64,000 nt of DNA from positions 19,964,001 through 20,028,000 of the forward strand of contig OX597838.1 of assembly GCA_951406725.2 (NCBI GenBank), in the 5' to 3' direction. Source of the stretch: Octopus vulgaris. Taxonomy: Eukaryota. The translations under genes and the position numbers were made by a program. Below the pieces are notes generated by a model. It had not been told where the DNA came from, ran no database searches, and saw nothing but the letters and a program-made list of their open reading frames with translations. Of this stretch, positions 1 to 19,625 are shown piece after piece (positions within the stretch are counted from its first letter, which is position 1; each line of letters opens with the position of its first letter).

Positions 1-352
1 CGAGGGATTGCGGGGGTTTGAATCACAGACCGGGCGATGTGTGTGTTTATGAGCGAAACACCTAAGCTCCACGCGGATCTGGCAGAAGGCAATGGCGAAA
101 CTTCTGCTGACTCTTTCGCCACAACTTTCTCTCACTCTTTCCTCCTGCATCTTGCAGCTCACCTGCAAAGGACTGGCATCCCGTCCAGGTGGGGAACCTA
201 TATGCCAAGGAAACCAGGAAACCGGCTCTATGAGCCAGGCGTGGCTCGAGAAGGAACAAACAACAACAACCCTCTCCCACCAGAATTCAATATAAAACAT
301 TCTTTTTTTAAAAAATTTGCACAAGAATATAATATGAGGTATTAGCACTTAC

Positions 353-8049
<7,697 letters not shown>

Positions 8050-8146
8050 CGTCGAATGCCATTGGTAATAAACCCTCTGCTAGAATTGGAGAGCACAGTC
8101 GGCTCAAGGCTGATAACTCTATCTATCTCAAATGATTTCTGTTCCT

Positions 8147-8904
8147 TGTGTTGCTTCATTGAGGAGTGGAGACCGGAGATGCGGCGACCTGGCAGAATCG
8201 TTATAACGCCGTGCGAAATGCTTCGCGGTATTTCGTCTGCCGCTACGTTCTGGGTTCAAATTCCGCCGAGGTCGACTTTGCCTTTTATCCTTTCGGGGTC
8301 GATAAATTAAGTACCAGTTACTGGGGTCGATATAATCGACTTAATCCGTTTGTCTGCCCTTGTTTGTCCTCTCTGTGTTTAGCCCCTTGTGGGTAGTAAA
8401 AAAATAGGAGATGCGAAGAAAGTGAGAATTCACGTCACGCCTCCAAAACGCACAGCATACGAACTTATTTTTATTATTATTATTATTCTTAATTAAAAAG
8501 GTGCAACAATTTAGATCTTATAACCATGGCAACCCATCAACTTTTGTTGCATCTAGTGTTGTTTCATTGAGGAGTGGAGACCGTAGATGCGAAGAAAGTG
8601 AGAATTCTCGTCACGCCTCCAAAACGCACAGCATACGAACTTATTTTTATTATTATTATTATTCTTAATTAAAAAGGTGCAACAATTTAGATCTTATAAC
8701 CATGGCAACCCATCAACTTTTGTTGCATCTAGTGTTGTTTCATTGAGGAGTGGAGACCGTAGATGCGAAGAAAGTGAGAATTCACGTCACGCCTCCAAAA
8801 CGCACAGCATACGAACTTATTTTTATTATTATTATTATTCTTAATTAAAAAGGTGCAACAATTTAGATCTTATAACCATGGCAACCCATCAACTTTTGTT
8901 GCAT
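8147..8904. repeat. Tandem 176-bp triplication upstream of HSDL1; first copy interrupted by a SINE
   Basis: atgcgaagaaagtgagaatt recurs at 8411, 8587 and 8763; the copies are nearly identical. Confidence 0.92.
8184..8406 (+). mobile_element. tRNA-derived SINE with target-site duplication
   Basis: Head ...gacctggcagaatcg...gggttcaaattccgccgaggtcgac; flanked by GGAGATGCG at 8175-8183 and 8407-8415. Many relatives in the window (e.g. 2690-3050, 41673-42030, 45203-45433, 54160-54615). Confidence 0.85.
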
Positions 8905-9038
8905 AAACAGGAAAGTACAGAACTTTCCATTAGTCTACTTTACTGCATGTACTTTATATGCACTTTCTGACAAGTTGTGGTGCACCTGAGCACTGTATAC
9001 AATAATTTCATTATTATTATTATTATTTATTTAAATTT

Positions 9039-9694
9039 GGCATTCCTTCGATATGGCTCGACAAAAATCAAAACAGTTCACTTCGGGTATTTCCGCGGGT
9101 TGTGGAGTATAGATGGAAGCACTCCGTCGGTTACGACGACGAGGGTTCCGGTTGATCTGATCAACGGAACAACCTGCTCGTGAAATTAACGTGTAAGTGG
9201 CTGAGCACTCCACAGACACGTGTACCCTTAACGTAGTTCTCGGGGATATTCAGCGTGAGCGTGACACAAAGAGTGACAAGGCCGGCCCTTTGAAATACAG
9301 GTACAACAGAAACAGGAAGTAAGAGTGAGAGAAAGTTGTGGTGAAAGAGTACAGCAGGGATCACCACCATTCCCTGCCGGAGCCTCGTGGAGCTTTTAGG
9401 TGTTTTCGCTTAATAAACACTCACAACGCCCAGTCTGGGAATCGAAACCTAACCACTGGGCCATTGCGCCTCCACAATGTGGAGTATAGATATAACGAAG
9501 ATATATGCCAGCAATGGCTCGTTTTAAACTTGAAGAAAAAAAAAGGCCTTGCATATTTGTTCCTACCTGTTTCATGTGTGTATGTAAAACCCGCAAATTT
9601 CCAAGCAGAAAACAGAATCGAACTGTCATTTGCTTTCACGGAAATACCCGAAGTGAAGTGTTTTGATTTTGTCGAGTTATATCGAAAGAATGCC
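9039..9694. mobile_element. MITE (GGCATTC...GAATGCC, TIRs about 55 bp, 8-bp TSD TTAAATTT) carrying a nested SINE
   Basis: TIRs and TSD read directly. The SINE at 9115-9477 is flanked by the 14-bp duplication TGTGGAGTATAGAT. Confidence 0.88.
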
Positions 9695-9822
9695 TTAAAT
9701 TTCTACGAGTGAGTATACATGTAAACACATATACATGTACACATCTATCTAACTCGTTATCCATATTTATATTCACACATAAGCATACACATACATGTAT
9801 ACATACATACATACATACATAC

Positions 9823-9853
<31 letters not shown>

Positions 9854-10601
9854 GTGTGTGAGTGTGTGTAAAGTATTGATGACGCACAAAAATCGTAGCT
9901 CTTGAGTCACTCTCTTACTTCCACCAGTTCATCATTATCATCATCTTTTAACGTCCACTCTCTATGCCGGCATGGGTTCGACGGTGTGACAGGAGTTGGC
10001 CAACTAAAGAGCTGCCCAGCGTCCATTTCTCTGTTTTGGCATGGTTTCTATGGCTGGATGCTTTTCTTAGCGCCAATCACTTTACAGAGTGTACTGGGTG
10101 TATCTTACGTGGCACCGACACTGGTACTTTTATAGTTATTTATTAAAAAAATATTTAAGTATGAATGGATGAATGCATGTATGTCTGTGTATGTGTGCGT
10201 ATGTGTATATATTATCTCTTACTTGTTTCATTCGTTAGACTGTGGCCATGCTGGGGTACCGCCTTGAAGAATTTTTAGTTGAATGAATCGACCGCAGTAC
10301 TTTTTTTTTAAGCCTGGTACTTATTCTATCGATCTTTGTGGCCGAACATACTTTTTTTTTGCCTTCGTAAAATAGTATGTTACCGTCATGGAGATTCTTG
10401 TAGTAGTAGAAAAGGAATTCTTAACTCCTATTTCTAAATTCGGCATGTGGTGAAGCAATAAGCTGAACCCTAATTATAATTATGTTTATAATTATAAAAT
10501 ATTTGTATAATTTTACCTATAAAGGTTCTTTTAACATACCGATCTACTTGGTGAAATTATTAACTAATTAATTTAATTAATAAATTTTACCCTTTTATTA
10601 T

Positions 10602-10647
<46 letters not shown>

Positions 10648-10667
10648 TGTGTATATGATAGAGAGAA

Positions 10668-10709
<42 letters not shown>

Positions 10710-11702
10710 TATGTATATGATAGAGATAAAGAGAGAGAAAATTCCATCTAATGACATGATGTAATAGCTATGTTCGATAAGTCCTGAGGTTGGTTTACCA
10801 CTAAAACTGACTTAGACTGCAGCTAAAACAAAAAGTGGTGTTGAAGCTGCTGGGTATAAATAATGATTCATCATTGAAAGGGTAGATATGTATATATATA
10901 TTAGAAAGAAAGAATGGGCAAGCAAAACACATGGTATCACTTTAGAACATGTAATTTTAGAATTCAAACATAATTGAAGAGTTGTTAGAGTAAATAAGGG
11001 ATTAAGAAATAATGCAGAAAATTTCTTACAGCTGTTTCTAGAATAGTTGCACTTATGGTGATAGGCCATTGAGCAAGGTTTTCCATAGAAGCCAACTATT
11101 TTATCTTCTATAAAGAGAAACAAATGCCCATTTCCTATAATTAATTATTCCAAAATACATTGATGTGTTGCAAGAGGCATTCATCATCATCATCATTATT
11201 ATAATTATTTGATGCGTTTTCTAAGCTGACATGGGTTGAACAGATTGACAGGAACTGGCCAGCTGGGGAGCTATCCTGGCTCCAGTTGTCTGTATTGGCA
11301 TGGTGTCTACAGCTGGATGCCTTTCCTGTCACCAACCATTTTACAGAGTATGCTAGGTATGTTTTATATGCTACCACCATGGCTATTGTTGTTGTTGTTA
11401 AGCAACAAGACGGGTAAGGGTGATTAGGTGATGGTCTAAGGCTTAGGGGCAGGAGACCCCAGACCTTGGAAAAAAAAAAAACTTTGATCGTCTTGTAGTC
11501 GAGGGCTCTTCATTGACACCCGACACCACTGGGAGGTGGCCTTCAAAGTCGCTGGAAATGGAGATCTCCAGGTCCAAATTCTTGAACGGCTACCACCATG
11601 GCTGCATTTATGTGGTACTGGCACAAGAGCATCTTACATGGTACCAGCACCTCTAAGACAAAGACCTCTCAGTTGAGAGAGGGGAGAGGGTTGCCATAAT
11701 AG

Positions 11703-12088
11703 ATGTATCCCTGCCCCGTAAAATTCTGTGGTCTGTTCTTTGAGCCACTTCTTCACTACCTCCACACTCACTAGATTTAGCGCCTTCAGACTATCATCTC
11801 TTTGGCCCCATGAAAGAGGGTTTGAGAGGCATACATTATTCCAGTGACAAGGAAATGAAAACTGTGGTGAAGAAGTGGCTCAAAGAACAGTTAACAGAAT
11901 TTTATGGGGCAGGGATACATGCTCTCATTCGAAGGTGGAACATTACCATTGAGAGAAAGAGTGACTATGTTGAGGAGTAGGGATGTGATCCACAGAGGAC
12001 CAGCTTCATTTTGATGTATGATACATGTTCCTGTGTTGGTAATTATACCTGTCCTAAACAAAATGCCATTACTTTTTGACTCACCCTC

Positions 12089-12091
<3 letters not shown>
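11703..12091 (+). mobile_element. Mariner transposase C-terminal relic with right TIR
   Basis: LDLAPSDYHLFGPMKEGLRG...EFYGAGIHALIRRW...DYVEE*, then ...tttgactcaccctcgTA. A short inverted copy of the internal sequence lies at 11703-11757. Confidence 0.85.
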
Positions 12092-12129
<38 letters not shown>

Positions 12130-13028
12130 TATACATACTACTAAAATTCTGTGATTGCTTACTTACTTTGATGTGTGCTTGTCTATAATTTAATACACTC
12201 AAACTGACACAGAATGGGAAAATACTCTGAATGTAAGGTGCCCCTGAAATAGGAATCTAAACAGAATAAGACAATTTTCATGTAAATCGGACTGCGGTTT
12301 TCCAAGATATGTGTTTTTTGGGGGTACCTTTATAAATAGTTAAACTGGTGCATAGTGGGGAAAATGCTTCGAAAGTAAGGTACCATTGAAATGTGAATAC
12401 AAACAGAATAAAGCAAGTTTCACGTCAATCGGACCATGGGTTCCCAAGATACATGGATTTTTCAGGTACCTTGAAGTATTGGTGACCTAACAGGTCATGG
12501 ATAGTCTAGTATACACACACACACATATATATATATATATATTGTCGTGTCTGGGGAGAGTCATTCTCTTTTAGTGCCATGTTTTCCACTCATTTACTTA
12601 TTTATTTTTCTAAAAGTTTCACTGCACCTTGCAACCTTTCCAGTAAACGAGTGGAAATTTGACAGGTGAGTGTGTTAAATTATAAGGCACTAAAAGAGAA
12701 TGACTCTCCCCAGACACAACAGAATATGCTTCAACACACGAAATCACATAAAGAATCTTACAAACCAAATTCAAAGATGAAATATAATATATTTATTCAT
12801 TCACAAATCATTGGATGGCCTGGAGGAGCTGAAGTAGAAGACACTCAACATGCCATGCAAGGGAACTGATCCTGAAACCTCATAGTTACAAAGTGAACTT
12901 CTTAACTCCACAGCCACTTTGCATGGTTGGTACAAATTCTGACCAACCTGCTTGAGAATTATTTTCCTTTCATCTTCATTAACTTTTCTGGCAGAACAGT
13001 GTGCAACTTATTAACCTTCTTGATTATT

Positions 13029-13406
13029 GCGGAAGCACTCCGTCTGTTACGACGATGAGGGTTCCGGTTGATCCGAATCAACGGAACAGCCTGCTCATGA
13101 AATTAACGTGTAAGTGGCAGAACACTCCACAGACATGTGCACCCTTAACATAGTTCTCGGAGATATTCAGCGTGACACAGAGAGTGACAAGGCCGGCCCC
13201 TTGAAATACAGGTACAACAGAAACAGGAAGTAAGAGTGAGAGAAAGTTGTGGTGAAAGAGTACAGCAGGGATCACCACCATCCCCTGCCGGAGCTTCGTG
13301 GAGCTTTTAGGTGTTTTCGCTCAATAAACACTCACAACGCCCAGTCTGGGAATCGAAACCGCGATCCTATGACCGCTGCCCTAACCACTGGGCCATTGCG
13401 CCTCCT
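13029..13406 (-). mobile_element. Full-length tRNA-derived SINE with 11-bp TSD
   Basis: Same family as 9115-9477; flanked by TCTTGATTATT on both sides. Confidence 0.85.
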
Positions 13407-13747
13407 CTTGATTATTATCATCAAGAGTTCCAAACGAATATCTTTCAGTTCAGTTCTTTTAAAATATCTTTGTTTGTATGGTTCATTTTATTTCAGTCGT
13501 ATTTGGTGTTTGAAACAGGAAAAAGAGAAAAAAAGACAACACAGGCCTCTCTTCTCCGTCTGTTACATCCTGGTCGTATACAGCTGGGTCAAGATGAGTG
13601 GGCCAAGACAATGTCTGTGTGTCTTCATGAATAAACACTTAAAACAATTAACAAAAGCATAATACATGTTCAGTCTTACTTGCTTGTGAATTATGGGTTT
13701 GGGATTTTTATTGGATCATCCATGAATAATGCATTTTTCTTATACTT

Positions 13748-14300
13748 CATCATCATCGTTTAACGTCCGTTTTCCGCGCTAGCACGGGTTGGACGGTTCG
13801 ACCGGGGTCTGGGAAGCCAGGGGCTGCACCAGGCTCCAGTCTGATCTGGCAGAGTTTCTACAGCTGGATGCCCTTCCTAACGCCAACCACTCCGCGAGTG
13901 TAGTGGGTGCTTTTTACATGCCGCCTGCACAGGTGCCAGGGGGGTCTGGCATCGGCCATGATCGGTTGGAGCTTTTAACGTGCCACCGGCACGGAAGCCA
14001 GCCAAGGCGGCACTGGCAACGGCCACGTTCGGATGGTGCTTTTTATGTGCCATTGGCACAGAAGCCAGTCGGGGCGGCACTGGCATCGGTTACGTTCGGA
14101 TGGTGCTTTTTATGTGCTATCGGCACAGAAGCCAGTCGAGGCAACGCTGGCAACGGCCACGTACGGATGATGCTTTTTATGTGCCACCGGCACAGGTATC
14201 ACAACTACTATTTCCATTGATATTTATTTCGAAGTACATGAACATGAACATCGAAATAAATATCAATGGAAATAGTAGTTGTGATACCTGTGCCGGTGGC
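13748..14300. repeat. Interspersed repeat with an internal tandem array of about 66-bp units
   Basis: catcatcgtttaacgtccgttttcc head and repeated ggtgctttttatgtgcca...ggcacagaagccagtc units. Relatives at 15620, 34190, 46950-47225, 55810-56078, 58640 and 62050-62360. Confidence 0.75.
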
Positions 14301-14373
14301 ACTTGCGATAAACAAAGTTCGTTTTCAGTCTAAAATATACTCTCCTTCGTTTTCTTCAATGCTCTTCCATCTA

Positions 14374-14809
14374 CATTTGACAGATATTTATCCTCATCTT
14401 GTTTGTTGTTAACACGTTTCAGCTGATATACCCTCCAGCCTCCACCAAGTGTCGTTTTGAAATTTCGAACCTGGGTTCTCATTCTTAATGTATTTTTCGA
14501 TATTATTATTATTATTCAGTTCTATATTTAAGGGATGAGGAATTATGTACATTATTTACATTTGACGGATATTTGTCCTCATCTTGTTTGTTGTTAACAC
14601 GTTTCGGCTGATACAGCCTCCAGCTTTCATCAGGTGTCTTGGGGAAATTTCAAACCTGGGTTCTCATTCCTAAGGTATTTCCCAAAGATACCTGATGAAG
14701 GCTGGAGGGTATATCAGCTGAAACATTGTGTTAACAACAAACAAGATGAGGATAAATATCCGTCAAATGTAAATAATGTACGTAATTCCTCATCTCTTGA
14801 ATATAGAAC
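14374..14809. mobile_element. Non-autonomous Penelope-like element: three partial copies (two on -, one on +) with hammerhead motif
   Basis: Direct plus inverted copies of one unit, flanked by TGCTCTTCCATCTA at 14360-14373 and 14810-14823. Contains CTGATGA-stem-GAAAC. The Penelope assignment is inferred from architecture. Confidence 0.7.
14687..14732 (+). ncRNA. Minimal type I hammerhead-ribozyme-like motif (canonical C3-G8 core)
   Basis: GATAC-CTGATGA-A-GGCTG(GAGGGTATAT)CAGCT-GAAAC-ATT-GTGTT. Stem I is GATAC/GTGTT, stem II is GGCTG/CAGCT (CAGCC in the minus copy at 14596-14638), and stem III is vestigial. Confidence 0.65.
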
Positions 14810-15862
14810 TGCTCTTCCATCTATCTGGTAGGCTTGCAAGACCCCTCTTCCAAAATCCACTTGTCCGAGATGAAAAATAACTGCTCTTCCATCTATCTGG
14901 TAGGCTTGCAAGACCCCTCTTCCAAAATCCACTTGTCCGAGATGAAAAATAACTGCTCTTCCATCTATCTGGTAGGCTTGCAAGACCCCTCTTCCAAAAT
15001 CCACTTGTCCGAGATGAAAAATACTCCTCCAGTACTGTTCTGACCTCATCTTACAGAATTCATATCTTTTCCACCCAAATGATTTTCAAGACTGAGGAAA
15101 AAATGATAATCAGATGGAGCCACGTCTGGTGAATATGGAGGGTGGGGCATCATTCCTCATTCAAACTGCTCCAGCCTTTGGAATGTCATCCTTGCTGTAT
15201 GTGGCCAAGCTTTAACCTGATATGAAAGAACAGCTTTTACATGCTTCTTGCACAAGAGCCAGTCCGGCAGCACTGGCAACAACCATGCTCAAATGTTTTT
15301 CCTCGATATATATATATGTCTGTGTTTGTTTCCTCCCATCATCGCTGAGAAACCGATGCTGGTGTGTTTACATCACTGTAACTTAGCGGTTCAGCATAAG
15401 ATATAGATAGATAGAATAACTTACAAAGAATAAGTTCATGGGTCGATTTCTTCTAAAAGGCGGTGCTCCAGCATGGCCACACTCAAATGACTGAAACATG
15501 TAACAGTAAAAGAGTAATATATATTTATATATGTGTGTATATATATATATATATCATATATATAAATACATACATGTATATATATATATATATATACACA
15601 CACATGTATATCATCATTATCATCGTTTAACGTCCGTTTTCCATGCTGGCATTGGTTGGACGGTTTGATTGTGGACTGGCAAGCCAGAAGGCTATACCAC
15701 GTTTCAATCTGATCTGGCAATGTTTCTATAGCTGGATGCCCTTCCTAACGCCAACCACTCCAAGAGTGTAGTGGGTGCTTTTTACATGCCACCTCCACGG
15801 GAGCCAGTCAAGTGGCACTGGCATGGACCATGTTTGGATGGTGCTTTTTATGTGCCACACGA

Positions 15863-15908
<46 letters not shown>

Positions 15909-17493
15909 TAGCTGGACCTGTGAAAAATTCACGCAAAACATAAAAAATGTAAGCATCTGTAAACAGTGCACTGATGCCATGAGAAATGTTTGTATATTAT
16001 GACCGTCTGTCTTTACGTTCTGAGTTCAAATTCTGCTGAGGTCAACTTTGCCTTTCGGGTTTGATAAATTAAGTGCCAGTTATGTACTGGAGTTGATCTA
16101 ATCAACTGGCCCCCTCTCCACAAAAATTTCAAGCCTAGAAAAGTATATTGTTACAATTACAGAATGTAATGTAATACCAATGACTATATATGTATGTGTA
16201 TATATATATATTATAGCCTCAAGCCGACCAAAGCCTTGTGAGTGGATTTCATAACTTAGCAGTTCGGCAAAAGACATTAGGCTTACGAAGAATAAATCCT
16301 GTGGTCAATTTGTTTAACCAATGCAGTGGTCCAGCATGGCCACAGTCACAACTGAAACAAGTAAAATAAATATACCAGTTTAATCCCAAGCAGGGTTTAA
16401 AAAATAAATAAATTACTGGGTCAATTCAGTAGACCCAAAAATCTTCAATGCAGTGCCCCAGCAAGTGAAAAAAGTCATCAAATATCTCTTAACTGAGCAA
16501 GAGTCAAATCTTTTAGTGGTGGCCATATTGAAGCAAAAAATATCAAATGTATTTCCTGATGGATAATTAACATTAAGGGAATCACCAGGAATTGTGGCTG
16601 CTATTTCTAGCATGAAAGGTGAGTCTTACATATACATATCCTTTACCGGGGGGATCCAGTTTTTTTCATTCACAAAATATGCATCTATTGAAAGACAGTA
16701 AAAGATTTGAAAATTAGCTATAATAATGTAGCCTTCCAATCTCATTGCTTTGGTGTGGAGAATAAAGCCAGGTTTTAAAAAAAATACTTTTAGCCAATAA
16801 CAAGACAAATTTTTTGCATTTAGTGGAGCAGTGTCAGGCTGTAACCTGTGAAATTTCTTGTTTGGTGTCTGACCTGTTCATTGTAGGTTTCTAAATAAAC
16901 AGAAATACCTAATAAAATCAACATGTACCACCTTACTGTTTTTTTTATCTCTTCATAGATTGTATGGTTTTATTTAATTTGTTATATTAATATATATTTG
17001 ACTGCATGTGTTTATGCTTATTTCAGTATTATATATACCAGTCATGTATTTGTGTGCATCATTGTGGATGTATGTATTCATATAAGTTTATATGTACATT
17101 TATGCATGTGTGTATGAAGGAAGCGTCTGTCTCCAAAACTCCAAAGTTGAACATTTTCATGCTTTGATTTGTAAACTACGATAAGAATAACATTGGTCAA
17201 CAAAGCATTTGTCCCAAGAAAAAGAATACCTGTATCTTATATGATTTTACATGCGCAATTCCAAAATAATGTCAAATTATCTGTATCACCCAGTTTCTCT
17301 GTTCCACAATATCCCTCTCAGGTCCTGTTACGTGGGCTAAATTTCAGTTAAGCTGTTGAAATGTGAAAAACTTAGTGAAAACATTTTTCAAGCAGAGTCC
17401 CAAAAATACATGAAAAACGTAAAAATAACACAGAAAAATTAAAACAAAAATATGCAGGTGAAAAGTATCTCATGGTGTGAATAATCAAGTGTG

Positions 17494-17524
<31 letters not shown>

Positions 17525-17549
17525 ATAGTGAACCACAACACAGCATGCA

Positions 17550-17563
17550 GTTGTCATGGTAAC
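17550..17563. promoter_or_regulatory. RFX X-box-like palindrome GTTGTCATGGTAAC
   Basis: Close match to the RFX consensus GTTRCC-ATGG-YAAC, in unique sequence. Confidence 0.45.
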
Positions 17564-19183
17564 AAGCTAATGCCATGCTGTTTGGCTAAAATTACCAAAC
17601 TTTAATCTCAAATAACATCAGATTCTTCAGTTTACAAGATAAAGTAACTGGTTGATCACAAAATTCAGATTAGTGTTGATACACCAAAACTGAAAGCAAT
17701 CTGAGCAAAATTAAGGAGGGCTCATTTTGCAAATGAGAAAGACTAGAGTGCCCCCCCACCCACTTGCAATGCCTTTTCTTTAGCACTCGGATTATTCTGT
17801 CAATTGTTCATGGTTCTGAATGAAGGTATCCTCAGACTGGAGATTTCAGTGATGCAATCATATCCCTAGGGTAGGTGCAAGAGGCTGGATCTGACCAACT
17901 AGCACCTAAAACAGGTAGAACGTTTTGGCCTATGGCTGGTTTTAGTCCAAACTGCTGAATATATCCAAAGATTTCTATCTTGTAAAAAATACGTTTAACA
18001 AATAGATGTGGCTGTGTGATTATTAAGTTACTCCTAACCAGTTTTGGTTTCACTGCCAGTGTACCTCAAATGCCATAGTAATCCCAGGTTGAATGAAGCC
18101 ATGTAAATGGATTCAGTTGACAAACTGAAAGCCTGTTACACATGTGTACATTTGCCTCCTTCTCTTGACATATTGCCAATATTATGAAAACACGAGAGCA
18201 TTATTAGCCTGCTTGGTGGAAACAAGGGTTGGTGATAGGAAGGGCATCCAATTGTAAAAAGCCTGCCTTTGATAAACTAAGCATGGAAAATTGGAGGTTA
18301 AAATGGCAGACCAAACACTGCCTTTCAACCTTCTGGAGAACATATCTTCCAATTTAAGGTGTAGATTTTCAAAGAATAGCTCGTGAGAAATTTATGGCTA
18401 TCATCTAACAGGTACTGGCTGATATTTTGACATGAAATGTTATCTTCGTACATTCTGATCCTGCACCATAGCCATTTACCAGACAGCCTTGGGTTAAAGA
18501 ATTTAGAAACCATTGTAGTATATGTGCCTGATCGTGACCCAAGTTCATGCTTGTCATTAAATCTGGTGACAGAATTTCAAATCCTTGAATATGGTGCAGA
18601 CATTGAAGAATTGCCAAATATATTTAGAGATGAAGCTGGTACATAAATGTGAAAAGGTTTTATTCAATATTTGTCCTTTGGGTAGCAGCATGTGCATTTT
18701 CGTGTCAATTCCCTCCCATTGGTCAGCCTCGTTTTACTTTGCTGAAATCTTATTCAGGTTTTGGTCCATTTAAGTTACATCCGGCTAATAATTGCCAATT
18801 TATCCGTTTAGTCAACACTCTTGCTAGAAATAAGTCATACCATATTAAAAAATACTTTTGCACATTTACCGATCCGTTTGCAGAAGCCACATCAAAATCT
18901 ATTATTGGTTGCAACTCCATATCAGATGTGGCAATATAAATGGTAAGCAGTGCGAATAATAAACTGCTCGAATATCACTCCTGTTAGCCAAAAAATGCAT
19001 CACCACAATTCGTAGATTTTAATACACACTCCCTTTAAGGAACATGACAATCCTCAGTGGTGCCCTATACATAACTGAAGAACTTGGTTAGAAAAATTCC
19101 GTGTACAAAAAGAAAAACCCACAAGATAAATTTTAAGCAAACATCATGCAACATCAACACAAACAACAAAATATTATGAAATT

Positions 19184-19189
19184 TTTATT
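19184..19189 (-). terminator. HSP90 polyadenylation signal
   Basis: AATAAA on the minus strand about 440 nt after the stop, followed by a GU-rich tract (TTTGTTGTTTGTGTTGATGTTG). Confidence 0.65.
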
Positions 19190-19625
19190 TAGGAAAAATT
19201 TGAACAAATATACAACGGAATTCAGTGCAGTTAATGCTTACACCAAGCAAATAAATAACTGAGTAGGTGCCAGCTGTCAAAGACTTCCGAGATGGAGGTC
19301 ACAAGAGATCCATCCATCCATTAACATATAGACAAAACAAAACAAGATTCAGCAAATAATTGAGATGTCTGAAGAACTACAAATTTGTTGTTAATTGAGA
19401 AGAGTTCTTGAAGTATGGTAACTAATGTTAACAAGCAATGGAGGTTAGTTTTCATAGAAAACAGCTTAGTGTTTGAAAGCATCTGAGATAAACAATTCCA
19501 CCAGGTTTTACTAAATTCTGACCACCTGGTCATTGAAATATGGAAATGAAAAGGAAAATGTACAAGGAATGAACCATCATTCTTCATAAGTCTCAATTAG
19601 CTAATAAATGTCTCTTGTGAAATAA

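Larger units (their letters stand above)
14310..15240 (-). mobile_element. Mariner transposase C-terminal relic, interrupted by a Penelope-like insert and carrying a 72-bp triplication
   Basis: Minus-strand translation PHPPYSPDVAPSDYHFFLSLENHL...EEYFSSRTSGFWKRGLASLPDRWKS resumes as IEENEGEYILD* at 14360-14325. The 72-bp units start at 14807, 14879 and 14951. Confidence 0.8.

Noticed and set aside
13900-14220. Regularly spaced repeats resembling a CRISPR array
   Set aside because: Whole units are homologous with no unique spacers; part of a eukaryotic interspersed repeat.
18300-18950. Unique sequence with several short overlapping ORFs
   Set aside because: No recognisable motif or consistent splice structure in any frame.
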